From the NCBI GenBank assembly GCA_016929235.1, contig JAFGJD010000004.1:64866-128865 (forward strand): a DNA stretch of 64,000 nt, given 5' to 3'. The DNA is from Candidatus Babeliales bacterium (lineage in GTDB: Bacteria; Babelota; Babeliae; Babelales; JABCYS01). Positions within the stretch are counted from its first letter, which is position 1. Each line of letters opens with the position of its first letter. Under the pieces are notes generated by a model. It was not told where the DNA came from and searched no databases. It saw only the letters and a list, made by a program, of their open reading frames with translations. A program made the translations under genes and the position numbers. This document shows, piece after piece, positions 1-9,615 of the stretch.

Positions 1-79
1 TAGTGTATGTGCAACCGAACCTCCCGCAACGAGAGGCTCGCTCATGATATCAGTACGCAGATACAAGAGAGATTTTTTT

Positions 80-2044
80 TTATTCATGAAAGGCATCATT
101 CGCTAAAACATTTTGCAACGTCCAAAGCTCTAGAGAGTGCTCCCAATTAGGCCGCATATTCCTGTTATACATACGGCGTATTGACTGAGGCTTTAAGTAA
201 GTCCCAATCGGCACCTCCCGGGCATCAACTAACTTCTTAAAATAATCTTTAAAATAATCACCCTGCTGAAACCAACGCTGTGTTGGCGCTGCAAATCCCA
301 TTTTTTTACGATAAATGACATCATAAGGAAGAATTCCCTCACATGCCTTTTTCAAAATATATTTGGTCATACCGCTGTGATACTTCATAGATGAAGGGAT
401 CTGCAAGGCAAATTCAACAAACGTATGATCTAAAAACGGCACCCTAGATTCAACTGATGTTGCCATAGTCATTTTATCGACACGCATTAAAAGTAACTCT
501 GAGAGTCGTTGTTTGAATTCGAGATAAATCATTGATTTAAGAAAATCAGCATCAGGATCACGTCGCTTAAGGTCCATGACATGATAATCAACTAACGAAT
601 AACTATCTAACTCCTGTCGCAACTCAGGATAAATTTGCGCAACAACATAATCGTGTTCCACAACCTGATCATGATTCCAAAAATCACTTTTTAGAATTTC
701 TGAAAATGCTGTCGCACCACTCCAGAAGAGCTGTCTACCATCAACCCAATCCTTTAGTTTCGCAAGGTGATTTTTTTTTGTAGGAAACGCAGCACACGCA
801 CCATAGTACATACATTGTTTCGCCCATTGCGGCACTAATTTTACTGATGGTTTCCAAAATTTATGGTGAACATCAATCACCTTTGCATAATGACTATATC
901 CACAGAATAATTCATCTGAGCCCTCACCCACCTGCACCACAGTCACGCCTGAATCCTTGAGCAACTTAGAAACGAAATAGAGTGGAATACATACACAATC
1001 TGCAAGAGGCTCATCCTGGTGATACACCATTTTTTCAAAGAAATCGAAAGCATCTTTTTCGTTAATAACCACTTCATGATGATCGGTCCCAAATTCAGTT
1101 GCAACTTTTCGAGCCCATTCTACTTCGCTGAATTCAGGCCCATCCGAGAATGACACATTGAATGTCTTAACGCGATCGGTGAACTCAGACATTAGTGCAA
1201 CATTTAAACTGGAATCAATCCCCCCGGAAAGAAACACACCAAAGGGAACATCAGACATCATACGCTTCTTGATAGATTCACGAAGCAAATATCGAATATG
1301 ATCAACTAAAAAATGCTCATCATTAAGCTCGCGTTGTGTATATGTAGGAACAGAGACAATTGGATTGTACCATTCATGAAAGCTATATACACCACGTGCA
1401 TCGACCATACAGTAGAATCCTGGCGGCAGTTTATAGATTCCTTCATATAATGTGTACGGTGCTGGGGTTACTAAATAGGTAAGATAGTGATATAAACCAG
1501 GACGACTGATTTTACGTGTGATCCAGGGACACTCCCATAACGCCTTAATCTCTGATGCGAATGAAAATACTCCACCCTGGACGGAAAAATATAACGGCTT
1601 AATTCCAATTCTATCACGAATAAGAAATAGCTCATCTCTAACTACATCATAGAGCGCTATTGCAAACATACCTTCAAATTTATGAATACACTCAATGCCC
1701 CACTCTTTATACGCATATATAACGGTCTCTGTATCGGTACCAGATCGATATATATAGCCCTTGCTTTCAAGCTCTTTTCGAATGATTGCGTGATTATAAA
1801 TTTCACCATTGAATGACACCACAACTGTTTGCTGAGGATCCATCATTGGCTGTGCCCCCGCAGAAGAAAGATCAATGATACTGAGCCTTCTATGAGCAAG
1901 TCCACATTGTTTATGGTGAGATATCCACACGCCCGAACCATCAGGACCACGATGTTCCATGCGTTTTTGCATTCTTTCTAAAATGTCTTTTGGTGGATTA
2001 AACAAAGATTGAGAAAGATTTTTATATCCGGCAATACCGCACAC
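80..2044 (-). CDS. Asparagine synthase-like glutamine amidotransferase (class II Ntn, AsnB family), polysaccharide-locus type
   Basis: ORF 80..2062. The N-terminal CGIAGY carries the class-II glutaminase nucleophile Cys, and SGGIDSS is the PP-loop ATP-pyrophosphatase motif. I moved the start to GTG 2044..2042 so that Cys follows the initiator Met, as the N-terminal nucleophile requires. A GAGGG SD lies 7 nt upstream. TTG at 2062 is the alternative start. Confidence 0.85.
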   Translation of the reverse strand: MCGIAGYKNLSQSLFNPPKDILERMQKRMEHRGPDGSGVWISHHKQCGLAHRRLSIIDLSSAGAQPMMDPQQTVVVSFNGEIYNHAIIRKELESKGYIYRSGTDTETVIYAYKEWGIECIHKFEGMFAIALYDVVRDELFLIRDRIGIKPLYFSVQGGVFSFASEIKALWECPWITRKISRPGLYHYLTYLVTPAPYTLYEGIYKLPPGFYCMVDARGVYSFHEWYNPIVSVPTYTQRELNDEHFLVDHIRYLLRESIKKRMMSDVPFGVFLSGGIDSSLNVALMSEFTDRVKTFNVSFSDGPEFSEVEWARKVATEFGTDHHEVVINEKDAFDFFEKMVYHQDEPLADCVCIPLYFVSKLLKDSGVTVVQVGEGSDELFCGYSHYAKVIDVHHKFWKPSVKLVPQWAKQCMYYGACAAFPTKKNHLAKLKDWVDGRQLFWSGATAFSEILKSDFWNHDQVVEHDYVVAQIYPELRQELDSYSLVDYHVMDLKRRDPDADFLKSMIYLEFKQRLSELLLMRVDKMTMATSVESRVPFLDHTFVEFALQIPSSMKYHSGMTKYILKKACEGILPYDVIYRKKMGFAAPTQRWFQQGDYFKDYFKKLVDAREVPIGTYLKPQSIRRMYNRNMRPNWEHSLELWTLQNVLANDAFHE

Positions 2045-2137
2045 GCCTTTACCCTCATGCAACGGTGTTATGTGGTTACAGCAGCACCGTTATACCATGC
2101 TTGTTAGAAAAACAAAACCTGCATGAAAATGCCGCTG

Positions 2138-4300
2138 CTATGCAAAATCGTAGGTTCCTCCACCCTGACATGCTAATTGATCAATGGTAAGCGTCAATTC
2201 TGCAACAGTGTTGAGGCGATCAAAATTAATTGGCGCAGGGCCACCACTGCGGACACTACTAAAGAACCGATGCAAAAGCGCTTGGTGTCCTTTGTCTTGG
2301 GTGAGCGTTTGCTCATCAAAGCCAGGCGTTAATCCATATCCTTTCAACGTACGGTAGTCATCCATAATGATCGACTTAGAATCATAAAAGACTTCCATAC
2401 GTTCCTTGCCAGAAGCATCGTGTCCTAGTGCAGTGTATAACAATGTACAAATCGAACCATCACTAAAACTAATCTGCGCAGAGAAGTTGTCAGTAGGAAA
2501 TACGTTATCGTGAGCGGGACGCACTGTTTCTACCGAAACCGATACAGGTTCTGCCTCAGTGAGATAACAGAACAAATCAAAAATATGACACGCCTCACCA
2601 ATGATACGGCCTGCACCAACATCAGTTTGTACCCAATGATTTTTTGAAATCAGACCTGCATTCATTCGGTAATGTACTGATAACGGACTTTTACGCTTCT
2701 CAACTTCTCGCTTAATTTTTTGCATAAACGGAGCAAAGGATCGATTATAGTCGACACAAAATGGCGCATCTGGGTGTGCACGGAGAAAGCCACTCAAGAC
2801 ATCAAGCTGCTTGAAATCAGTCACCATTGGTTTTTCGACAAAAACCGCTTTCCCATGAGTTAAGGCACGCATAATTTGCTCACAATGATACTTATGGGGA
2901 GAAGCAATAACCACAGCATCAACGAGGTCTTCACTAAATAACTCGTGATCTCGAATTAATACTTTACGAGCACCACACGCACGCGAGACTTTAATTGCAG
3001 ATGTAATATCAGAGTCAACAATTGCATTGATCTTTACAGCACCAATTTTAGAAACAACCGGCATCAATTTGGCTTGCGCAAATCCACCAACACCAACAAA
3101 TCCCACGCGAATATCACGCGCTGCTGGCGTAAATGTAACTGGCAAATCAAGATCAAATGATTCAATCACCTGTGCCGGCTGATAAAGTTCCTCCTCTTTA
3201 GGAAGATAATCAAGCACAACCGCAAACGCTTCCTTATTTTTCACCATATCATAGCCGCGCGTAGCATCAGCAATAGGTATGTTCTTCATGAGAAGCTCAG
3301 TCTTTAATTTTTTTTGTTTGAGCAAATCAGCGAACGCTTGCATATTACGATTTTCTGTCCATCGAACGTATTGGTATGGATAATCAATACCCTGATTTTC
3401 ATACTCAGAATCGTAACGACCTGGTCCGTATGAACATGAAATAAGGAAGTCAATTTCTTTTTTATAAAATGGATCACGCTGTAGCTTCAAACCCACATCT
3501 CCAACAACAACAACCTTTCCCTTTTTTCTGGTAATCGTCATTGCCTGTTGCACCAAGACATCACTCTTTGATGCCGCAGCAATAATAGTACAATCAACAC
3601 CATGGTATTGGGTTAGCCGATTCACCTCTTTTTCAAGATCATCATCTACTGCATGATAAACGGCATCGGCTCCTAAATCTTTAGCAGTATCAAGACGATT
3701 TTGCATAATATCTGAACCAATCACACGGCATCCAGATAATTTTGCCAATTGCACGGTAATTTGCCCCAACAGTCCAAGCCCAAGAACGCACACCGTTTCT
3801 CCAAGGCGCACATCAGCACGACGTAACCCTTGTAATGCAATCGAACCAATCGTTGTCATACTTACTTCTCGCAGAACATCTTTCTCAACAAGAACCACTA
3901 GATTCTCAGGAACAGCAACAATATCCGCATGACTTGCTAAACCAGCACCTGCGCACGCTACATAGTCGCCAACTTTAAATCGACGGATTTTACTCCCAAC
4001 TGCAATGACACGCCCTGAGCATGAGTATCCCAAAGCTTGTATATTTCCTGCAAGCCGTCCCTTTATGAGAGCACGAGTTCCCTGAACACCATTTTTTGCT
4101 AGTGATGCAAGAACCTTTTTAACCTTAATAGGAATATTGTTAAAAAGAGGATTTTGACTCGCTCCTGCAATGGTTGCTGACTCGGTGCCGGCACTAATAC
4201 ATGAATAGTGCACAGAAACCAAAACACTGTGTTCATCTAATGAGGGTTGGCAAACTTCCTTGACAGCGATGGCACCTTTTTCCAAAAACACTTGTCTCAT
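2138..4300 (-). CDS. Bi-domain oxidoreductase (MDR/alcohol-dehydrogenase-like N-half fused to Gfo/Idh/MocA-like C-half)
   Basis: 720-aa ORF. The N-half has a GroES-like region plus a Rossmann fold (VLGLGLLGQITVQLAK). The C-half has a second Rossmann fold (VGFVGVGGFAQAKLMP) and a VFVEKP motif typical of Gfo/Idh/MocA. Its start overlaps the stop of the upstream wecC-like gene by 4 nt. Confidence 0.75.
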   Translation of the reverse strand: MRQVFLEKGAIAVKEVCQPSLDEHSVLVSVHYSCISAGTESATIAGASQNPLFNNIPIKVKKVLASLAKNGVQGTRALIKGRLAGNIQALGYSCSGRVIAVGSKIRRFKVGDYVACAGAGLASHADIVAVPENLVVLVEKDVLREVSMTTIGSIALQGLRRADVRLGETVCVLGLGLLGQITVQLAKLSGCRVIGSDIMQNRLDTAKDLGADAVYHAVDDDLEKEVNRLTQYHGVDCTIIAAASKSDVLVQQAMTITRKKGKVVVVGDVGLKLQRDPFYKKEIDFLISCSYGPGRYDSEYENQGIDYPYQYVRWTENRNMQAFADLLKQKKLKTELLMKNIPIADATRGYDMVKNKEAFAVVLDYLPKEEELYQPAQVIESFDLDLPVTFTPAARDIRVGFVGVGGFAQAKLMPVVSKIGAVKINAIVDSDITSAIKVSRACGARKVLIRDHELFSEDLVDAVVIASPHKYHCEQIMRALTHGKAVFVEKPMVTDFKQLDVLSGFLRAHPDAPFCVDYNRSFAPFMQKIKREVEKRKSPLSVHYRMNAGLISKNHWVQTDVGAGRIIGEACHIFDLFCYLTEAEPVSVSVETVRPAHDNVFPTDNFSAQISFSDGSICTLLYTALGHDASGKERMEVFYDSKSIIMDDYRTLKGYGLTPGFDEQTLTQDKGHQALLHRFFSSVRSGGPAPINFDRLNTVAELTLTIDQLACQGGGTYDFA

Positions 4301-5601
4301 GCTGCATGCTCCTTAATCTGGTTTGTGCTAGTGGACATCATCACTTTTTTCTTCTTAGCAAACCTTTTTTCCGACTCTCGTGAAGTAATCCCACAATAAT
4401 CCAATGTGATTACACTCGCTGCATTCAATGTTTCTATCGTTTTAAAGACTGAGTGACCAACAAGCGCGACAACTATATCGGCAGCTAACACCCCGTCTTT
4501 ATAAGTCACACATTGATCAGCTTCAAAATAGCGAGACAAGATCGATGGAATAACATGCGGCTCACACACGCTCACTTTGCATGTTTTTTCATGATCTCTT
4601 TGTAGCTCAAGCGCGATTTTCAAAGCTGGCGACTCACGAAGATCATCAACATCAGGTTTATACGTCAACCCCAGCAATAAAACTCGTGGTTGCTTTTCAT
4701 TATGCATTTGGATGTGTTGCTTAATCTCTTGTAGAACATCATACGGTCGCTTATCATTGATCACGCGCGCCGACCTTAAAAGCGTTGTTTCGTTTTTAAA
4801 CGTATCAATCAAGAACCAAGGATCAACAGCAATACAATGCCCCCCAACACCACATGATGGTTTCAAAATATTGACCCGAGGATGCTTATTCGCAAGCGCA
4901 ATAACCTGGTATGGATCTCTATTAATTTTTTTTGCCATCGCAGCAACTTGATGCGCAAATGCTATTTCTACATCGCGGGAACTATTTTCAATAAGCTTCA
5001 CAAGCTCTGCCGTTGCAGCATCTGTCTTATGCAATTCGCCTTTTACAAAAGTATTGTACAAGGATACCGCAGCATCGGTTGACGCTTCATCCATACCGCC
5101 AATAATGCGATCATTATAGATCAACTCATAGAAAATTTTTCCGGGCAAAACACGTTCTGGACAATGCGCAACAAAAAAATCGTCACCAGGTATAAAGCCT
5201 GTTAAATGTGCCAATGTATCCTCCAGCCGTGCGGTTGCTCCAACAGGAACTGTTGATTCTAATATCACACAATTTCCTGGCCGAAGCGTTCCAGCGATCT
5301 CTTTGCTAGCCGCGTGAACATAAGAAAGGTCTGGCTTTTTGTCAGCAATAAATGGTGTTGGAACCGCTATAATAAAATAATCTGCAGCATGCAATGTCGT
5401 ATCAGCACAAAATAATCCAAGGCCAAGAACAGCTTGTAATCGCTCTTGCAACCCGTCCTCTTTAATAACAGCATGACCCTTATTAATGCGCTGCACTTTC
5501 TCACGATCAACATCATAGCCATACGCCTGAACTCCATGCTCAGCAAGCATGATTGCTGTTGGCAATCCAATATATCCAAGCCCTACAACACTTACTTTCA
5601 T
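4297..5601 (-). CDS. wecC: UDP-N-acetyl-D-mannosamine dehydrogenase (nucleotide-sugar dehydrogenase family)
   Basis: N-terminal MKVSVVGLGYIGLPTA (NAD-binding GxGxxG) and the catalytic Cys context CGVGGHCIAVDP. Its start overlaps the wecB stop by 4 nt. Confidence 0.8.
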   Translation of the reverse strand: MKVSVVGLGYIGLPTAIMLAEHGVQAYGYDVDREKVQRINKGHAVIKEDGLQERLQAVLGLGLFCADTTLHAADYFIIAVPTPFIADKKPDLSYVHAASKEIAGTLRPGNCVILESTVPVGATARLEDTLAHLTGFIPGDDFFVAHCPERVLPGKIFYELIYNDRIIGGMDEASTDAAVSLYNTFVKGELHKTDAATAELVKLIENSSRDVEIAFAHQVAAMAKKINRDPYQVIALANKHPRVNILKPSCGVGGHCIAVDPWFLIDTFKNETTLLRSARVINDKRPYDVLQEIKQHIQMHNEKQPRVLLLGLTYKPDVDDLRESPALKIALELQRDHEKTCKVSVCEPHVIPSILSRYFEADQCVTYKDGVLAADIVVALVGHSVFKTIETLNAASVITLDYCGITSRESEKRFAKKKKVMMSTSTNQIKEHAA

Positions 5602-6800
5602 GATGCAGCCTCCTGTTCGCGTTCTTTTGTATAAGCACGCGCTTGATACACCTCTTCATTACGCATTATTCGACGACTTTCTTCAATAATGTGAACAATC
5701 TTTTGTGCAGCATAGCCATCACCATACACCGAACTATGTACAGCGGGCCTTTCAGACAAGACACATAATTGCTCAAAGACCTTAGCCATTTGCACAGCGT
5801 CAGTACCGACCATGTGCGCCAAACCGGCAGAGACACCCTCCATGCGTTCTGTTTTTTCACGTAGCACCATAACGTGCTTACCAAGGCTTACGCCCTCTTC
5901 CTGAATGCCGCCAGAATCAGTCATAATGAAATCAGTCTCGTGAAGCACATAGACCATATCCAGATATGATAGTGGTCGGGCCACATAACAATTTTGCATA
6001 TCTCTGATTTCAGATTTCTCAATCGCCTCAAGCACATGTGGATTTGGGTGGAACGGATACACAAATAAAATATCATCTCTCTGATCCGCAATACGTTTTA
6101 CTGTTGTCAAAATACGCTCAATACCCCCATGAAATGATTCCCGTCTATGCGCCGTTAACAATACAATCTTCTGCCCCATCACCTTACCCTGTTCGATAAC
6201 GTTCTTGATATCTCTTCTCGGCACTAATTGTCCACAATCAAGTCGTTCTTTCACGATGCGTAGAGCATCCACTACAGTATTGCCCACACAATGGACAAGC
6301 GATGGATCAATATTTTCTGAAAGCAAATTGCGCTCCGCCAGTAATGTTGGTGCAAAATGGTACTGAGCAAAATGACTCACAATCCTTCGGTTTAGCTCCT
6401 CAGGGAAAGGTTGTTCAATATCATACGTTCGCAACCCTGCCTCTACATGACCGATAGGGATATGCATATAAAATGCAGCCAAGCCAGCCGCCATAATGGT
6501 TGTAGTATCGCCCTCAACAAGCACTAGCGATGGCTGCACCGCTACATATAATTTCTTACATTCTCTCAACACAGCTTCATTAATATGAAAGAGATCCTGG
6601 CCAGCTTTTCCAATCCTAAGATGTACATCAGGCTGTATAGCGAACACATCAAAAACCTCCTGTAGAAGGTCGGTATGCTGATCAGTTGAACAAAGCATTA
6701 CAGGAATACCTGCTTCTTTAAGCGCGAAATAAACTGGTATCATTTTTATGCCCTCTGGCCGCGTACCAACAACGATGAGGACAGGTTTATCACCTGACAT
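5598..6800 (-). CDS. wecB: UDP-N-acetylglucosamine 2-epimerase (non-hydrolysing)
   Basis: Motifs VVGTRPEGIKMIPV, GHVEAGLRTY and TDSGGIQEE. The ORF track extends to 6941, but the family-typical N-terminus begins at ATG 6800 (MSGDKPVLIVVGTRPE) with an AAGGGA SD. The longer form would leave only 5 bp to the divergent gene. Confidence 0.85.
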   Translation of the reverse strand: MSGDKPVLIVVGTRPEGIKMIPVYFALKEAGIPVMLCSTDQHTDLLQEVFDVFAIQPDVHLRIGKAGQDLFHINEAVLRECKKLYVAVQPSLVLVEGDTTTIMAAGLAAFYMHIPIGHVEAGLRTYDIEQPFPEELNRRIVSHFAQYHFAPTLLAERNLLSENIDPSLVHCVGNTVVDALRIVKERLDCGQLVPRRDIKNVIEQGKVMGQKIVLLTAHRRESFHGGIERILTTVKRIADQRDDILFVYPFHPNPHVLEAIEKSEIRDMQNCYVARPLSYLDMVYVLHETDFIMTDSGGIQEEGVSLGKHVMVLREKTERMEGVSAGLAHMVGTDAVQMAKVFEQLCVLSERPAVHSSVYGDGYAAQKIVHIIEESRRIMRNEEVYQARAYTKEREQEAAS

Positions 6801-6946
6801 GATTCCCTTGCATATGTTAAAAAGATATGTTGACAAATGACACGGCACAACAATACCATATCGTGAATCGTTGACAAGATCGTAAGCAACGTGCATGCAA
6901 CAATGAATAGGTTTCTCGAAAAAACCGCTTTGATAAGGCATTTATA

Positions 6947-8422
6947 ATGATTTCAAGAGCAACGCAACCCACCGTTACCAACCTCTCAATCCTTTTTTTT
7001 GCAACATTTCTCCTCAGAGCACTCGTTTTCCAGCTCTACATCAGACCAAATAAATATTATCATGCACCAGATTCCTTGGACTATCACTCATGTACACTCG
7101 GACTTACGTTCAAAGGATCGTTTTGCTACCTCGATCACCCAACCCCCATTTATTGGAGAACCCCAGGTTATCCCTGGTTCCTAAAACAGTTCTACGCTCA
7201 TCATAGAGAAACTATCACTTCCATTGATTTTTCTGATGCCGCTACTGCCCAACAAGCGGCCTTATGGTTTCAGATCTTTCTCTGTTCATTTATTCCCCTT
7301 ATACTTCTTTTTTTGGCACTCGCATTAACACGCAGCTTCTGGATAGCATGGATGCTTGCCTGGATATCTTGTCTTCATGTTGGTTTTATTCTGAATAGTA
7401 TGACCCTTATGACTGACGGCCTTGGGTCCATTCTCTTTTATCTATTTCTCTACCTATTTTATCTAAGATTTAGCTTGATTGGAGAAACGGCTCGTAACAA
7501 ATACAATCTTTCCTCTATGATCGGAGCTGCAGCTGCACTAGCACTTTATACATGGCTCAGGCCTATGGGTGAAAAAGTTGACATATTGATGACAATACTC
7601 CTTCTATTCTCAGGAGAAAATTGGAAAACAATATGGAAAAAAATCATACTTTTTGGTGGATTATTTTTCGGCCTTCTTTCGCCGTGGTATATAAGGAATT
7701 ATCATCTGACTGATTCCTGTTTTTTTTGGCCAAGCGGACTTCACCTCAACCTTTTCTCGACATCAAAGATAGTACGTCGTGTCAAAAACATCTCGATTGA
7801 AAAAGCCCACCAACAACAATCGGACGCAACAACTCAACTTACCCGCCAGCGATATAAAGAGGCATTTATAAAGAAAACCAAAGTTCCTTGCGGTTATTTA
7901 ATTCATCAGGAAATTGCGATGCCATGGATACGCAGATACCCAGGTTACTTTTTATACGATTTTTTTGTACAAATACTGTGCACGGCCTTTGACCTCTACT
8001 CATTGCAATTGATGCATTTTTTTCACAATACCTATCACTATGAACCATTGGAGCGATACATAACCGAAGACATTCCTGACGCTCTCTATAGCAAACCACT
8101 TCCAATTAGCAGTCGTCTAATATGTTGGCTAGAATTCTTCTTCATGCTCCTAATGTGGACTGGCATCATTCTTGGTTTTTGGAAATTCATCATTGCCGAG
8201 TTTATTTCCCTATTTAGAAAAAAGTCACAACTTCCCGCAGTTACATTTTTATGGCTCAAGCTTTTGCCACTTGCAGGCGCTGTAATTGCGATGGGAGGGT
8301 TTTTTGGTTGTGCAAGATTACGGTTACCCGTTGAACCACTCTTGCTTATATTGTCCTTATCCTTTTGGTATACAGTAATTGTAAAACGTCAACCTCTGTC
8401 TTCGGGAAAGATTGCCCTATGA
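6947..8422 (+). CDS. Polytopic membrane protein, probable GT-C-type glycosyltransferase (ArnT/PMT family-39-like)
   Basis: 491 aa with many hydrophobic segments. An Asp-containing first loop (HAPDSLDYH) and a RTPGYPWF motif recall GT-C enzymes. It is divergent from the sugar-nucleotide operon. The function call is weak. Confidence 0.55.
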   Translation: MISRATQPTVTNLSILFFATFLLRALVFQLYIRPNKYYHAPDSLDYHSCTLGLTFKGSFCYLDHPTPIYWRTPGYPWFLKQFYAHHRETITSIDFSDAATAQQAALWFQIFLCSFIPLILLFLALALTRSFWIAWMLAWISCLHVGFILNSMTLMTDGLGSILFYLFLYLFYLRFSLIGETARNKYNLSSMIGAAAALALYTWLRPMGEKVDILMTILLLFSGENWKTIWKKIILFGGLFFGLLSPWYIRNYHLTDSCFFWPSGLHLNLFSTSKIVRRVKNISIEKAHQQQSDATTQLTRQRYKEAFIKKTKVPCGYLIHQEIAMPWIRRYPGYFLYDFFVQILCTAFDLYSLQLMHFFHNTYHYEPLERYITEDIPDALYSKPLPISSRLICWLEFFFMLLMWTGIILGFWKFIIAEFISLFRKKSQLPAVTFLWLKLLPLAGAVIAMGGFFGCARLRLPVEPLLLILSLSFWYTVIVKRQPLSSGKIAL

Positions 8423-8931
8423 AAAAATTATATGCACCATGGCGTAATACTTATACACAAGAAGAAGCGCTTAAAAATAAGGATGATGACCCGCAATCAG
8501 CATGCGTTTTTTGCAAAAAACTCGCTGAAAATGAAGATAGAAAGCACTATATTCTTGAAAGATTCCGCCACTGTACTGTGCTCTTGAATCTCTATCCCTA
8601 CAATGCAGGCCACCTCTTAATTATCACAAATGAACATCATGCAAATTTAAACTCTCTCTCTCCTGCAGCTCGAACCGAACTCATAGAATTGACCAACTCC
8701 TGTATTGAAATCCTAAAAACAGCCTTAGGTTGCCATGGCACCAATGTTGGATTAAACCTAGGAAAGATTGCAGGTGCAGGTATCCCCGCGCATCTTCACA
8801 TGCATATACTTCCGCGTTGGCTCGGTGATACTAACTTTCTTCCCACTTTAACCGACACCAAGGCTATCTCCTTTGATCTCAATGATATTTATAATGAGCT
8901 GAAGCCATATTTCGAAAAAAATATTATCTAA
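8419..8931 (+). CDS. HIT-family nucleotide hydrolase/phosphorylase (Ap4A-phosphorylase-like branch)
   Basis: Histidine triad HLHMHILPR, and NLYPYNAGHLLI plus CVFCK motifs. ATG 8419 overlaps the upstream stop (ATGA). The ORF-track start at 8365 lies inside the previous gene. Confidence 0.85.
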   Translation: MKKLYAPWRNTYTQEEALKNKDDDPQSACVFCKKLAENEDRKHYILERFRHCTVLLNLYPYNAGHLLIITNEHHANLNSLSPAARTELIELTNSCIEILKTALGCHGTNVGLNLGKIAGAGIPAHLHMHILPRWLGDTNFLPTLTDTKAISFDLNDIYNELKPYFEKNII

Positions 8932-9018
8932 ATATAAAAACTCTTGAGCTCGCAAATCACCCTCTGGTACAGTGATAAAGAGAAGAGGAATTACTTCCCG
9001 GAATCAGGAGTTTTATTC

Positions 9019-9513
9019 ATGCGAGATGTGCATCTGCGAAGATTGCTCCTCACTTTTTTGATCCCTGTGTGTAGTATCGCTACCAAGACACCTGTTGAGA
9101 GCAGACCAATGACTCAACTTGATGATGTCGACTACAACCCTCAGATCGAAAAATGGAGGACAACGTACTACGTTAACGATTTTAACCAAACGTATAAAAA
9201 TGCGCTGGCTAGCTTTATTGCATATTTACTTGAAGACAAGCCGTCATCTGAAACGTTTAATCGTCAATTCAATGCTCTCCACGAATCTTTTCCCAATCCT
9301 ATGAGAGACTTCCATTTAGCAACCGTAAAGCTATTTGAGAACGCCATACTCGAAGCGTACAAAACAGGCTCCTGTAATGACAACTCATGGAAACGTATGC
9401 TAAATCAGTGCTATGAGTGTGTGTATGGAATGCTTGAACCAGAAAATACCACTTATAATTACGGAAACAAGACGAGTCTAAGTCTTCCAAAGCCAAAGAA
9501 TAGCAAGAAATAA
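9019..9513 (+). CDS. Hypothetical secreted protein (orphan)
   Basis: ATG 9019 is preceded by AGGAG (9006-9010). The N-terminal MRDVHLRRLLLTFLIPVCSIA looks like a signal peptide. I recognised no motif. Confidence 0.6.
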   Translation: MRDVHLRRLLLTFLIPVCSIATKTPVESRPMTQLDDVDYNPQIEKWRTTYYVNDFNQTYKNALASFIAYLLEDKPSSETFNRQFNALHESFPNPMRDFHLATVKLFENAILEAYKTGSCNDNSWKRMLNQCYECVYGMLEPENTTYNYGNKTSLSLPKPKNSKK

Positions 9514-9615
9514 GCCCTAAAAGAGACCTTCTTTGTACATTGCCTCCCTGACCAAACCTGCTAGAATGATTTCAAAATAAGATTTTTATTCTAGTAGCCA
9601 AGAGCAGGGTTTTCC

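Noticed and set aside
1-45. Possible 5' end of a further minus-strand gene (ATG at 45..43, MSEPLVAGGSVAHTL...) leaving the window
   Set aside because: Only 15 codons are visible, I saw no clear SD, and the protein cannot be identified. This is too little evidence to report as a feature.
6801-6941. N-terminal extensions offered by the ORF track (wecB to 6941, pal to 41752, HIT to 8365, rng to 41870, GT4 to 56958, OMP to 58935, and others)
   Set aside because: The internal starts have SD sequences and give family-typical N-termini or signal peptides. The extensions use TTG or GTG without an SD, or run into neighbouring genes or promoter space.
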